A stretch of DNA of 64,000 nt from Candidatus Iainarchaeum sp. (GTDB lineage: Archaea; Iainarchaeota; Iainarchaeia; Iainarchaeales; VGJJ01). The translations under genes and the position numbers were made by a program. The notes beneath the pieces are model-generated. The model was given only the letters and a program-made list of their open reading frames with translations, was not told where the DNA came from and searched no databases. Location of the stretch: assembly GCA_016699555.1 (NCBI GenBank), contig CP064981.1, forward strand, positions 554,558 to 618,557. The letters run 5' to 3'. Shown in pieces: positions 35,820 to 46,530 of this stretch. Position 1 is the stretch's first letter. Each line of letters opens with the position of its first letter.

Positions 35820-36599
35820 ATGATACACGCATTCGGGGAAGCCATTGCATTCATGCGCACACGCCCTATCGTAGTGGTGGGGATGGCCATCATCATTCTC
35901 CTTCAAGCCGGAATCGCCCTCTTGCAATTGCCGGTGGCCAGCTATTTCCTTTCCGTGCTTGACTTCAACACGCTCATAGATGCATTTGGGGGGATCCAGC
36001 TCGCGGGGTTCTTCATCCTCTTGCTCATCGGCATGATCGTCAACTTCACCGGATTCTTGTGGGTCGCACAGCATGTCAAGGCATGGAAGCTGCACAGCGG
36101 AGAAAAGACATCCCTGCAGCTGATCAAGTCTGCTGGTCTCGTGGCCGCTGCCATCATCCTCGTGGGCGGGCTCATGCTCGGACTCACGTGGGTCCTCACC
36201 GCCATCGTCGATGCGATCGGATTCTTCGCCTTGCTCTTATTGGGAGTCATGGTCCTGCTGGCGTTCTATCTCACCATCAAATTCCTGTTCGTCTTGCCAC
36301 TCATGGGATTCGGATTGGGGTTGAAGCAAGCGCTCCAGCAATCCTGGCACATCACCCAAGAACATTTCTTCGCAAGCGCGGCATTGCTGATCGGGCTCTT
36401 CATCGTTACGGCGGTCATCGATTTCATCACCCAAACGCTTTTGGTGGGGATCGACGCGGACATCATCGTGGTGCCGCTCAACTTCATCATCGCCGTGCTC
36501 CTGAGCACTTATAGCGCTGCCGTGGTGGCGTGCGCCATTCCCTTGCAGGAAGTGGACACCATTCCCCATCCCAAACACGCACACGGGAAAGCCAAATGA
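35820..36599 (+). CDS. polytopic membrane protein (hypothetical)
   Basis: Start chosen at MIHAFGEAIAF; 6-7 hydrophobic helices. Confidence 0.5.
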   Translation: MIHAFGEAIAFMRTRPIVVVGMAIIILLQAGIALLQLPVASYFLSVLDFNTLIDAFGGIQLAGFFILLLIGMIVNFTGFLWVAQHVKAWKLHSGEKTSLQLIKSAGLVAAAIILVGGLMLGLTWVLTAIVDAIGFFALLLLGVMVLLAFYLTIKFLFVLPLMGFGLGLKQALQQSWHITQEHFFASAALLIGLFIVTAVIDFITQTLLVGIDADIIVVPLNFIIAVLLSTYSAAVVACAIPLQEVDTIPHPKHAHGKAK

Positions 36600-36641
36600 T
36601 GACACGTATGCGAATGGACCATTGCACGAGCTGAAACCCAC

Positions 36642-39600
36642 ATGATCCGCCTCACCAAATTACGCATGAAGAATTTCAAGTCCTTCCGTAACGCTGCTAT
36701 CACCTTCTCCAACGGATTCACGGCCATCGCAGGAGCCAATGGAAGCGGAAAAAGCAATGTGATGGATGCAGTATTATTCGCGCTCGGAGAGACATCCCTC
36801 AAGAGCTTGCGCGCCGGACGCCTGACCGATCTGGTGAACACGGGTTCCAGCGACGGATATGCCGTCGTCAACATCACCCTCGAAGAAGGAGACAAAGCCT
36901 ACGACATCTCGCGCACGATCGACAAGCAAGGGAAAAGCGTCTATCGTTTGGGAGAGAAACGCGTCACGCTCAATGAGATCTCCAATCTCCTCCAAGAACT
37001 CGGACTCAGCGCCGACGGGCACAACATGGTCGTGCAAGGGGACCTGCTCAAGATCATCGACATGAACCCCATCGAACGACGCGGGCTCATTGACGAGGTC
37101 GCCGGACTCCAAGAGTTCGAGGCCAAGAAAGCCGAAGCCATGAAAGACTTGGACAAGGTCGAGCGCAAGATCAAGGACATCACCATCGTGCTGAATGAAC
37201 GCGTGGCCGTAGTGGAACAACTATCCAAAGAAAGGCAAATCGCCCAACGCTATACCCAACTGGAAAAAGAATTGCGCGAGACGAAGGGAACTATCCTCCA
37301 CACCGAAGCCAAAGAACTCAACGCGCGTTTGAAAAAAATTCTCGACGAGCAGATGGAAATCATCGAGAAAAAAGAAGAAGCCCACGCGAAAAGGCAAGTC
37401 ACCCTCACCCAAATCAATGGACTCGAGAAAGAGCTCAATGAATTGGACGCCCAACTCATCGGAGTCAAACGCCAAGCATTCGAAAGTTTGGGGAAGAGCG
37501 TCGAAGAGCAAAAGGCAGAGATCAAGGTCAGCGAAGAACGACTATTGCACTTACAACGCAGGAAGCAAGAGCTCGAGCAGGAAAAAGTAGAGCTCAAGGC
37601 CCTCGTCGAAAAAGCAAATCAGGCCATCGTGCAGAAAAAGAGCGAAATGGAGAAGCACGCGGCCGAACTCAAAGAGCTCATGGAGAAACTCACTCCCTTG
37701 CAGGCCAAAAAAGACGAAACCCTCAAGAAGAAAATGGAACTGCTCCACCACTCGCAAGAATTGGAAAAAGAACTCTCCACGCAGCGCGATGCACTCACTC
37801 AATTCCGCGAGAAGATCGCAGGACTGAACGCCAAGATGGATTCCGCGCGCAAAGAAAAAGAAATGCGCGAGAACATGCACGCGCGCATGCAGATGGAATT
37901 GTCGCGCGCCCAGGCGGAGATGAAGAATCTCGAGAAAGACCTGCATGAGATCGAGAAGATCCACAAGCGATTCCCCAACATCGCCAAAGAAAAACAGCGT
38001 TTGCAGGAGGCGTTCGCGGACTTGGAGAAGCAGATCGCCGAGCACAAGGGAATGGCCTTCTCCCATTCCTCCAGCATCGAACAGCTCCACAAGACAAAAG
38101 CGAACTGTCCCATCTGCGAGCGGGATCTGCCCAAGGAACTCAAGGACAGCCTCCACAAGCAAAAAGAGACCATGCACAAGCAAGCGCTCGCCCACGTGGA
38201 AAAGCTCGAGGCCCAGCGCGTGAAACTGCATGAGGAGATGGATTCCCTGCGCAAAGCAGAAGGAGACCTCAACCATTTCTCTCACTCTCAGACGCGCAGC
38301 CAGCATCTCAAGGAACAGGAAAAGCTCATTACGAAAGAATTGGAAACGCTCAAGAAACAGTCCCCCGCGTCCAATGAAAACGAATGGAATGAGCAGCGCA
38401 AGGAATTGGAATCCCAACTCCAGCAAGCAAAGTCCGAAGTCGAGAAGACGGAAGCCAAACTCCTCAAGGTACGCGACCAATTGCATCAGACGACGATGGA
38501 TGAACAGCTGGCCAATTTCTCCAACCAGCGTGCGCAGCTCGAGAAGAAGCATTTCATGCTGCAGACGGAATTGGAGATCCCCCAGAACGCCATCGCCCAA
38601 TCCAAAGCCCGCGAGAAGGCCATGAAAGAGGAAGAGAAGACGGCGCAGGAACAGATCAAGACCGAAGAGACGAGACAAAAGGCGTTGCATAAGGCGCTGG
38701 TCGATGCCGAGGCCGCTTACCAATCCGCGCTCAGCGCCAACCAATCCCTTGTGCGCAAGCGCGAGCAACTCTATGAGCGCGTCAACAACGAACGCGAAAA
38801 AGAACGGACGTGGCAGGAAAAGGGCTATCGTTTGGAATCGCAGCTATCCGAACTCAAGATCGACCAATCCAAGTATGATACGCGCCTCGTGGATGTGAAT
38901 GAGGAGCTCAAACACTACGAAGGAGTCAAATTCCTCGAGGGAATGGAGCAAGTGGAATTGAAGAAGCGCATTCCTGTCTTGGAGCACGAAATCAAGCAGC
39001 TCGGCGCCATCAACATGCGTGCATTGGAAGACTTCGGGCACTATGAGAAGGAAGTCCTCGACATCCGCGACAAAGCCCAAGTACTATCCGAAGAAAGACT
39101 CGCGGTATTGGATATGATTAAAGGAATTGACGTCAAGCGCGGCGAAGCATTCATGGAGACATTCGACGAGATCAACAAGAACTTCAACCGCCTCTACACG
39201 AGCTTCTTCGATGGGACCGCGAACCTGAGCCTGACGAATCCCGCTGCGCCGCTCGAGTCCGGGCTCATCATCGAAGCCAAGCATGGGAGCGAGAACCGCT
39301 TGAAGAATATCGACTCCATGTCCGGCGGGGAAAAGTCCATGACCGTGTTGGCGTTCATTTTCGCGGTACAACTCTATGAACCCGCGCCCTTCTATTTCTT
39401 CGACGAAGTGGATGCGGCATTGGACATGAACAACTCCGTCAAAATCGCCATGCTCATCAAGGAAATGAGCAAGGCCTCGCAGTTCGTCATGGTCACGCAC
39501 AACGATGCCGTCGTAAAGGCGGCGGATCAGATTATGGGTGTTACTAAGAGCAATACCGTTTCAACGGTTTTGGGATTGAAGCTCGAGAAGGCCATTGCGG

Positions 39601-39659
39601 AAGGATTCATTTCCTCGGACGGATACAATCGCACCGATGGCGAGACGGCCAACGAATAA
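36642..39659 (+). CDS. smc: chromosome segregation protein SMC
   Basis: N-terminal Walker A FTAIAGANGSGKSN, 700 aa of heptad coiled coil with central hinge, C-terminal signature motif LSGGEKSMTVLAFIFA and Walker B FYFFDEVDAALD. Confidence 0.9.
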   Translation: MIRLTKLRMKNFKSFRNAAITFSNGFTAIAGANGSGKSNVMDAVLFALGETSLKSLRAGRLTDLVNTGSSDGYAVVNITLEEGDKAYDISRTIDKQGKSVYRLGEKRVTLNEISNLLQELGLSADGHNMVVQGDLLKIIDMNPIERRGLIDEVAGLQEFEAKKAEAMKDLDKVERKIKDITIVLNERVAVVEQLSKERQIAQRYTQLEKELRETKGTILHTEAKELNARLKKILDEQMEIIEKKEEAHAKRQVTLTQINGLEKELNELDAQLIGVKRQAFESLGKSVEEQKAEIKVSEERLLHLQRRKQELEQEKVELKALVEKANQAIVQKKSEMEKHAAELKELMEKLTPLQAKKDETLKKKMELLHHSQELEKELSTQRDALTQFREKIAGLNAKMDSARKEKEMRENMHARMQMELSRAQAEMKNLEKDLHEIEKIHKRFPNIAKEKQRLQEAFADLEKQIAEHKGMAFSHSSSIEQLHKTKANCPICERDLPKELKDSLHKQKETMHKQALAHVEKLEAQRVKLHEEMDSLRKAEGDLNHFSHSQTRSQHLKEQEKLITKELETLKKQSPASNENEWNEQRKELESQLQQAKSEVEKTEAKLLKVRDQLHQTTMDEQLANFSNQRAQLEKKHFMLQTELEIPQNAIAQSKAREKAMKEEEKTAQEQIKTEETRQKALHKALVDAEAAYQSALSANQSLVRKREQLYERVNNEREKERTWQEKGYRLESQLSELKIDQSKYDTRLVDVNEELKHYEGVKFLEGMEQVELKKRIPVLEHEIKQLGAINMRALEDFGHYEKEVLDIRDKAQVLSEERLAVLDMIKGIDVKRGEAFMETFDEINKNFNRLYTSFFDGTANLSLTNPAAPLESGLIIEAKHGSENRLKNIDSMSGGEKSMTVLAFIFAVQLYEPAPFYFFDEVDAALDMNNSVKIAMLIKEMSKASQFVMVTHNDAVVKAADQIMGVTKSNTVSTVLGLKLEKAIAEGFISSDGYNRTDGETANE

Positions 39660-39691
39660 AAACGTAGATTCTTGGACACTTCTCTATTGCA

Positions 39692-40399
39692 CTACTTCTT
39701 CCGCACCTTCGTTTTCTCCAATTCCCCTAAGAAGGAGTGCAGTTCCCCATCTGCTGCGTGAGAGTCGCGGTCCTTTTCTTGCTCGTCTTCTTCATCCAAA
39801 TCGTCCGGGTCGATTTCCCCACTGTTCTGCTTGCGGTTTTTTCCCAGGAAGGAAGCGCTCTTGATGTTGTTGCGCTTGCCCTGTTCGTCGTCATCGTCGT
39901 TCGCCTTTGCTTTTTTGGGGGCTTTATCGGCGGGATTGTAATAGATGAGCTCGAAATAGATGACCCAGGCGATAGTCACTAGAAATTGCACGGCGTAGGC
40001 GATCTCTTCATTCGCCAACTCTCCGGGCAACAAGCAGCAGGTGGAAAAGATCGCATACGGATCCCCAAAATGGAAGCGGAGTTGCGTGGGGTGGCTGAGC
40101 AGGAGGATGTGCACAATTTCATGGATGATTCCTCCCACTGCGACTCCGGAAATGGCTACATTCACAAACCCCGAAACAGAAATCTTTCCTCCTTGCTCGG
40201 CTTGGGATTTGGATTTGAGGAATAAGGCGATGAACGCAATCGCGACCAGCAATACCACATAGAAGAACGGTGAGTCCTTGATGGTGCCATTCTGGTCCAC
40301 GTGGGTGAACCAATTATACCCCAACAAGGAGAAACCGATGGCCAGGAGGAAAATGAAACCGAAGACGACGACTAACCCCTTTGCACGATCGGCAGGCAT
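39692..40399 (-). CDS. membrane protein with HExxH zinc-metalloprotease motif and acidic C-terminal tail
   Basis: Four TM helices; GGIIHEIVHILLL; C-terminal DDDDEQ.../DPDDLDEEDEQEKD low-complexity region. Confidence 0.5.
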   Translation of the reverse strand: MPADRAKGLVVVFGFIFLLAIGFSLLGYNWFTHVDQNGTIKDSPFFYVVLLVAIAFIALFLKSKSQAEQGGKISVSGFVNVAISGVAVGGIIHEIVHILLLSHPTQLRFHFGDPYAIFSTCCLLPGELANEEIAYAVQFLVTIAWVIYFELIYYNPADKAPKKAKANDDDDEQGKRNNIKSASFLGKNRKQNSGEIDPDDLDEEDEQEKDRDSHAADGELHSFLGELEKTKVRKK

Positions 40400-40450
40400 A
40401 TGGTGCGATGGATGGATTGGTGGAATTTAAAGCTGGCTCTAGAGGGGGTG

Positions 40451-41259
40451 CTACTCCTCGGTTGGAGGTAGGTGGCGTTCACTTCTTTTACGCGAAAGCA
40501 CTCTTTTCGGGACTGTTCGAATGAATGTTCTTTGGCTAAATGGATTGTAAAAAACAACACGACTTACTTTTGCCGCATCAAAGTTTTCCAAAATTTTATA
40601 GCCCATTCCAGGAATATAGCTGTGGTCGGTATTCGACAAATGAAAAATTTCATTCGCATGCCACTCTCCGGCTTCTAATACCACTTTGTGTTTTCTAATC
40701 ACGCGTTGAGCTTCGCGGTCAAGGGTTTCTTTTGCCTTTTCGATGTGCGCGATGGCATGCAGATTGAAGATGCGCCCGAGTTCGATATTCGAGATGCGAC
40801 GAAACGGATAGCTTACCGGCTTTCTTTTGAGAGGGTTCACTACCCGGCGTCGCGTCTGTTTCTTTTGCGATTTTGCGAGAAAGGGGATTTTTGTGGCTCT
40901 TCGTCGAATCATAGCATCACTATCGATTCCAGGAATATATGCGTTCCTGCTGGGCATTTTTATAGTTCGAATAATTCTATGTCGCTATGAAACCGCGCCC
41001 GCATCACATGCCTAGTCAACGCGGGGTAGGGCAAATCGTTTCCAGGGATATCCATCTCGTTTCCATCGGCGAACCCGGCGGAAAACAAAAAGGGCAACAT
41101 ATCTTGCGCCCAGGCCATCGCGCGGAAGCCGAAACGCATCCGCTGGTAATTGGTCATCCTGGGCAAATCGCAGAAATCTCCGCGCGCAGCGTACTGGCGC
41201 GGCATGGAGTAGAAGTTCATTTTGATCAGTCTCAAATCCCTGAAATAAGAAGCGGTCAC
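40451..41259 (-). CDS. hypothetical protein, possibly one gene split across two abutting ORFs (40960-41259 and 40451-40957) by a frameshift
   Basis: The two minus-strand ORFs meet at 40957-40960 in different frames. No recognised domain. Confidence 0.3.
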
Positions 41260-41361
41260 TTGCCCTCACGCGTATTCCTCACACACTCCGGAGAAATTCC
41301 TGTGCGCTTGCGCAGGGGAAACCGAACGCATCGCGTGTATTATCCCCACCACTTGCCGACG

Positions 41362-41805
41362 ATGCCCGTTGCAGAAGTGCGTGCGCGCATGGCGCAAGGG
41401 GATTTGCAATTGGGGAAGGATTTCAAAATCCTAAGAAGCGGAATGCTCGAATTGACTGTTCCGAATATCATTTACCACGTCGACCCGGCGCAAATACCCG
41501 CAATCGCAAAAAATAATTGGGTTTCAGGGAGCAAGCGCTCGGCATTCCAATCCAATTTCACGCGCGTGGAAGGGAAACTCAGAACACGCGATGGAATCAT
41601 CGTCCTATCCGAGACACTGCCTGTGAAGCTGCCCAAGGATATTGCATTGCTGTTGTATGGCGGAACAGACGGAAAGAGCAGGCATATCCACTCCCTATTC
41701 ATCGACCCGGGTTTTAGCGGGCCAATCGTATTAGAGATCCAAGGGCTTGGACACAAAGGCAAACCCGAAAAAATCATTGCGCGATTGGTAAAAGTAACGC
41801 CATAG
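41362..41805 (+). CDS. dUTPase-superfamily protein (dCTP deaminase/dUTPase-like)
   Basis: C-terminal block GGTDGKSRHIHSLFIDPGFSGPIVLEIQG resembles the dCTP deaminase/dUTPase motif (RSSLAR.G..VH...IDPGW.G...LE). Short at 147 aa, so tentative. Confidence 0.5.
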   Translation: MPVAEVRARMAQGDLQLGKDFKILRSGMLELTVPNIIYHVDPAQIPAIAKNNWVSGSKRSAFQSNFTRVEGKLRTRDGIIVLSETLPVKLPKDIALLLYGGTDGKSRHIHSLFIDPGFSGPIVLEIQGLGHKGKPEKIIARLVKVTP

Positions 41806-41890
41806 ATTATTGTTTTTGGCGCCCTGCTTTCAGCACCCTTAAAAGAGCTCAAAACCACACTCTATTGTTAGTCTAAAATGGTGTTGAGAC

Positions 41891-43351
41891 ATGGGCGGAG
41901 AAATGCGCAGTGGGGAGTTGGCGGAGGACCGAAAGGCAGCCGTGCGCACATTCTTGGACACGATTGAATCAACCGCCAAAACCCTCAATGGGTTGGATTC
42001 CGCCGTCGTCGTTACGCACCACGATTGCGATGGGATGACTTCGGGCGGGATCATGGCGCAAGCCCTCAAGCGCGCGCAAATACCCGTTGACACGATTACG
42101 CTCAAGCAGCTCTATTCGGAAGATATCGATCGCCTCAAGAAAATGGAGAAATGGCTCATCTTCACGGACTTCGGAAGCAGCTACATCAATCAACTCAAAG
42201 AAGCGGTGGGGGAAAAGTTTGTCGTTATCGACCACCACCAAAAAGGAAATGGTCTCCACGACTATCATGTGAATCCCATGGAATTCGGATTGGATGGAGG
42301 CGTGGAAATCTCCGCGGGAGGAATCTCGTATCTCGTCGCCAAAGCCATGTCGCACAAAAATATGGATTTGGCCGCGCTCGGAGTCGTTGGAGCGTGCGGG
42401 GACATGCAGGACTCGCGTTCCTCGGGATTGCAAGGGCTGAATGCGGAAATCCTATTGACCGATGGGATCGAAGCCGGCGTGATGCACGTGAAGAGAGACC
42501 TGCGCTTGTATGGGAGGATTTCCCGACCATTAGTGCAGTACCTGCTTTTTTCTACGTCTCCCATTTTGCCGGATCTTACCGCGAATAAAGATAATTGCAT
42601 GCGCTTCTTGGAAGGATTGGGGATTGAGTTGCAGCACCAGGATGGACGCTGGAGAAGCTATGAAGATTTGAATCCCGAAGAGAAGAAGGTTCTTTCCACT
42701 GCACTCCTCATGCACCTGCATCAGTACAATACTCCTGAATGGAAATTAAATGAACTCGTGGGAGAAGTCTATACGCTCACGCACGAAGATTCTCATTCTC
42801 CGCTGCGCGATGCCAAGGAATTCTCCACGGTCCTCAACGCGTGCGGCAGAAACGGCGCGAGCAGCATCGGCTTCCAGGTCTGCATGGGGGATCGTTTCGA
42901 ATACTATCAAAAAGCCCTGGGGTTGCTGCAAGAGCACCGCAGGAATCTCGCGGAAGGCATTCAATTGATGCAAACCCAAGGCTTGCAGGAATACAAGAAC
43001 TATTATTTCTTCGACGCGGAATCAAAAATAAAGGATTCCATTGTGGGAATTGTAGCAGGAATGCTCTATGGCAGCGGCAGCGTCAAAACGGACAAGCCCA
43101 TCGTCGCATTTTCGCGCCACGAAGATGGGAGCATCAAAGTGAGCGCGCGTGCGACGAGTGAATTAGTGCGAAACGGGGTCAACTTGGGATTGGCCCTACG
43201 CGAGACCTGCCAGTCGCTTGGAAGCACGGCCGAGGGTGGAGGGCACAAGATCGCCGCTGGATGCAGGCTCGAGGAAAACCAGAAAGAACAATTCTTGCAG
43301 GAATTCGACACCAAACTAGGATTTCAAACCAATCCGAGCATTCAATCCTAA
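41891..43351 (+). CDS. DHH-family phosphoesterase, archaeal RecJ/GAN(Cdc45)-like
   Basis: DHH motifs VVVTHHDCDGMTSGG, VIDHHQ; DHHA1-like C-terminus GGGHKIAAG. Confidence 0.75.
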   Translation: MGGEMRSGELAEDRKAAVRTFLDTIESTAKTLNGLDSAVVVTHHDCDGMTSGGIMAQALKRAQIPVDTITLKQLYSEDIDRLKKMEKWLIFTDFGSSYINQLKEAVGEKFVVIDHHQKGNGLHDYHVNPMEFGLDGGVEISAGGISYLVAKAMSHKNMDLAALGVVGACGDMQDSRSSGLQGLNAEILLTDGIEAGVMHVKRDLRLYGRISRPLVQYLLFSTSPILPDLTANKDNCMRFLEGLGIELQHQDGRWRSYEDLNPEEKKVLSTALLMHLHQYNTPEWKLNELVGEVYTLTHEDSHSPLRDAKEFSTVLNACGRNGASSIGFQVCMGDRFEYYQKALGLLQEHRRNLAEGIQLMQTQGLQEYKNYYFFDAESKIKDSIVGIVAGMLYGSGSVKTDKPIVAFSRHEDGSIKVSARATSELVRNGVNLGLALRETCQSLGSTAEGGGHKIAAGCRLEENQKEQFLQEFDTKLGFQTNPSIQS

Positions 43352-43454
43352 AAGAAGTTGAAAAAACTCTCTTCAACTTTTTTATTTTTTGTTAATTGGT
43401 ACCATTGGAACCTATGGCGCCTTGGCATTTCCTATTTGTTAAAAATGAGTTGGA

Positions 43455-44033
43455 ATGCAAAGTGTTTTGGTGATGTTCATGCGGGTTTCACAAATAGCTT
43501 TTCTATTCACAGCGGCCGTTTTGTTTTCTTCAATGGCGTTTGCATACAGTCATAGTAGTATGGAATATTATTTAGCGGAGGGATTCAATGAAAAGGGGGA
43601 ACTGCAGCCTTACTATCAATCCAATATTGCGGTTGCGAACGCACAATTGCAACAAGCGCCCGAATTCATTCGAGGAATTTTATTGAATGAGCGCATTCAA
43701 GGAAAAATCCTCATGGAAAGCGGAAAAACAGAACTAATTGGGATTGAGTTATCCAAAGAAGGGATTCAGCACGTCTTTAGAGGGGAAATGGATAACCCTA
43801 CTCTCCAAATTACGGGAAATGAAGCGGCCGTAGTTGAAATACTCAACGCGGATGCGCCCGTGGATGCCGCCGTAAAGGCCATCAATGCCGGGAGCATCAC
43901 CTATGGGGGTGTTTCTGCAATGGATGAAGTGAAAGCAGAATCCAACTTCGCCATAACAACGAAGCTCTTCTTGGTGAATATTGCTTCTTTCATGAGTGGG
44001 TTCTTAGAGAAAGTATATAGTACGCTTTCCTAA
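43455..44033 (+). CDS. hypothetical secreted protein
   Basis: N-terminal signal-like helix IAFLFTAAVLFSSMAFA. Confidence 0.4.
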   Translation: MQSVLVMFMRVSQIAFLFTAAVLFSSMAFAYSHSSMEYYLAEGFNEKGELQPYYQSNIAVANAQLQQAPEFIRGILLNERIQGKILMESGKTELIGIELSKEGIQHVFRGEMDNPTLQITGNEAAVVEILNADAPVDAAVKAINAGSITYGGVSAMDEVKAESNFAITTKLFLVNIASFMSGFLEKVYSTLS

Positions 44034-44923
44034 TGCGTGGTGGTGGCGAAAGCTACCCATCCCTGCATGCGGAAAGGAGCAATCACTTGCGATGCCACTT
44101 TCTCATCCTCACAAACCGCCACTACCGTGGGCCCTGCGCCCGCGAGCATGGCCTTGCGGATGCCTGGCATGTAATTCAAGCGCGCAATTAACTCAAATAC
44201 GGGCTCATATTCTTTCAACGTGAGATTCTCGAATACATTTCCCATTTTCTCAACAACTTTTTTGGGATCATTCGATTCTAATGCATGCTGCATGGCTTTG
44301 ATCGAATAGTGCTCCGATACATTTGCTACATTAAAGTTTCCGTAAATCCATTTTGTTTTGGCTTCGGGCACTTTTACGGGCGGAACGATGAATGCAAGAT
44401 GCAGCGTGGGGCATTTTTCTTTCAATGGAGAAATGATTTCCCCTCTTCCACGAGCGATGCACGTCCCTCCATAAATGAAAAAGGGCACGTCGCTGCCAAT
44501 GTGTCCCGCCATTTCGGCGAGTTTTTCATTGGAGAGATGGAGTTCCCACAATTGATTCAATCCCTTCAACACGGTTGCCGCATTGCTGCTCCCGCCGCCC
44601 AATCCTCCAGCGGAAGGGATGTGCTTCTCGATGAATATGCGCACACCCTCTAAGGGCTTGCTTTGTTTTTGGGCTTCGTGTTGCATCAGTTCAACCGCTT
44701 TCCAGCAGGTGTTTGTGTGATCGCGTGGCACAGTCGGATCGGTGCATTCGATTTGGATTTGGTTCGTGTGGGGGAGGGTTTCGATGGTGATGTTATCATG
44801 GATGTTCAATTCCTGCATCACGAATTCGACTTCATGAAACCCATCATCGCGCTTGCGCAAGAGATCCAAGACTAGATTGAGCTTTGCGGGGGAATGGAGG
44901 GTCAGTGTGGGCATGGAAATCAT
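44030..44923 (-). CDS. ispE: 4-diphosphocytidyl-2-C-methyl-D-erythritol kinase (MEP pathway)
   Basis: HSPAKLNLVLDLLRKRDDGFHEVEF (IspE N-terminus) and GHMP-kinase loop IPSAGGLGGGSSNAA. Confidence 0.8.
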   Translation of the reverse strand: MISMPTLTLHSPAKLNLVLDLLRKRDDGFHEVEFVMQELNIHDNITIETLPHTNQIQIECTDPTVPRDHTNTCWKAVELMQHEAQKQSKPLEGVRIFIEKHIPSAGGLGGGSSNAATVLKGLNQLWELHLSNEKLAEMAGHIGSDVPFFIYGGTCIARGRGEIISPLKEKCPTLHLAFIVPPVKVPEAKTKWIYGNFNVANVSEHYSIKAMQHALESNDPKKVVEKMGNVFENLTLKEYEPVFELIARLNYMPGIRKAMLAGAGPTVVAVCEDEKVASQVIAPFRMQGWVAFATTTH

Positions 44924-45313
44924 TCAAGTCGATCGTGTATTCCAATATTCATTCAAATAGGTGATTTTCTTACCCTTCATCTTGAGAACCATTATTCCAT
45001 ACATCAAATCATGGCGCCATTTTTTCTCGCTTCGTTTGTAATGATCGTTTTCACACTTCCATTCGGCAAAACCTGTTTTTCCATTTTTTGAAACCCAGTA
45101 GTTTCCAAGACTAAATTTAATGTTTTTTGTATTCATCACAACGGTGCGTCGCCAGAACTTTTTCATAGCATTATGGCCGTTAATTGGTTTTCGCAATGGA
45201 CTTTCCTGATAAGACCCGCGAGGAACAAAGCATTGTATCAATATTTCAGGATCTTGTTGTTCCCATGCCTTGCCATATAGTTGCATGACTTGCCTGATTT
45301 GCTTTCGATTCAT
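44924..45313 (-). CDS. NTF2/SnoaL-like fold protein (hypothetical)
   Basis: 129 aa; YGKAWEQQDPEILIQCF...GHNAMKKFW pattern typical of SnoaL-like domains. Confidence 0.4.
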   Translation of the reverse strand: MNRKQIRQVMQLYGKAWEQQDPEILIQCFVPRGSYQESPLRKPINGHNAMKKFWRRTVVMNTKNIKFSLGNYWVSKNGKTGFAEWKCENDHYKRSEKKWRHDLMYGIMVLKMKGKKITYLNEYWNTRST

Positions 45314-45349
45314 AATAGGTGTGGCGCGTCAGAAAATAAATATATACGC

Positions 45350-46363
45350 CTAATGCACCACATAGGCTGGGCGCACAATCTCGCTTTCGGCTTTGTTGTG
45401 GTCGCGGTCGTAGCGGGCGATCCATTGCACGACGTCTTCGATATCCTCATCCGGAGTAGAAGCGCCGGCGCCGATTCCCACATACTTGGAATTGGCGAAC
45501 CATTCGGGTTTCAATTCGGCTTGGGATTCAACCCAATGCGTGGTAGTGTATTTGGCGCACAGCTCGGCTTGGCGTTTCGTATTTCCGCTATTCTTTCCGC
45601 CGATGACAATCATCGTGTCCACTTGCATGGCCAATCCCACGGCGCCGGGCTGCATCTCGTGCATGGCGTTGCAGATGGTATTGAACACGCGCACTTCTCT
45701 GGCTTTGCCCATCAACGCATCCACGATGGCTTGGACATGATCGTTGCTCTGCGTGGTCTGCGAAACGACGCCGAGTTTGGGGACGGTGGGGTAATGCAAC
45801 TTTTCCACGACGCCTTCATCGGTCTTCTCTTTCATCAGTTCGTCGTTGGTGTAATATTGGGTTTTCTTCTGGAACAAGCCTTTTGCCTCGTCCAATGTCT
45901 CCACGACAATCGCATTCGGGGCATAGGACTTAATTCCTTCCACTTCGGGGTGGCCGTGTTCGCCGATGATGACGACTTGATAGCGTTCATCGAACAACTG
46001 CTTGGCTTGCTTGTGGACCATCGTGACAAAGGGGCAGGTCGTGTCGACGATCTTGAAGTTCTTTTCCTTGGCCTTCTGCATGGCCTGGACCGTCACGCCG
46101 TGCGCGCGCATCAAAACAGTCGATCCTTCGGGGATTTCTTCCATGGAATTCAAGTGAGTGAATTTGGAGATCTTGCTGGCGGCATAGGGGTTGTCTTCCA
46201 CGAGCTTTCCGCCGTGTTCGATGATCTTCTCTACGACGCGCTGGTTGTGGACAGGCATTCCATAGAGGTAAGCGGATCCCTTGTCCAAGGTCTCATGGGA
46301 AAGCTTCACGCTGCGCTTAACTCCGAAGCAGAATCCAGCGGCACGGGCGATTTCGATCTTCAT
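45350..46363 (-). CDS. ispH: 4-hydroxy-3-methylbut-2-enyl diphosphate reductase (MEP pathway)
   Basis: MKIEIARAAGFCFGVKRSV... (LytB N-terminal Cys motif) and two more conserved Cys regions (TTCPFV; FNTICNA). Start at MKIE preferred over the upstream in-frame extension. Confidence 0.85.
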   Translation of the reverse strand: MKIEIARAAGFCFGVKRSVKLSHETLDKGSAYLYGMPVHNQRVVEKIIEHGGKLVEDNPYAASKISKFTHLNSMEEIPEGSTVLMRAHGVTVQAMQKAKEKNFKIVDTTCPFVTMVHKQAKQLFDERYQVVIIGEHGHPEVEGIKSYAPNAIVVETLDEAKGLFQKKTQYYTNDELMKEKTDEGVVEKLHYPTVPKLGVVSQTTQSNDHVQAIVDALMGKAREVRVFNTICNAMHEMQPGAVGLAMQVDTMIVIGGKNSGNTKRQAELCAKYTTTHWVESQAELKPEWFANSKYVGIGAGASTPDEDIEDVVQWIARYDRDHNKAESEIVRPAYVVH

Positions 46364-46530
46364 TGAAAAACAACTCCTTGTCGTTGCGTAATAACTCAAA
46401 ATGGCGAGCACGCAGATAAAAACCCAACCCAAAAGTTTGACGGAAAGCGAATTAAAAAACGACAAAGGACGAATTGGGGGTGGATTCTGCCCGGAAACGG
46501 AATTAAAAGCAGCAATTCGGTCGGATTGGT

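Noticed and set aside
37551-38768. 405-aa minus-strand ORF (Leu/Phe-rich)
   Set aside because: Antisense to the SMC coiled-coil region (GAA/AAG-rich codons read in reverse); SMC homology is unambiguous.
45281-46366. 361-aa plus-strand ORF
   Set aside because: Antisense to ispH.
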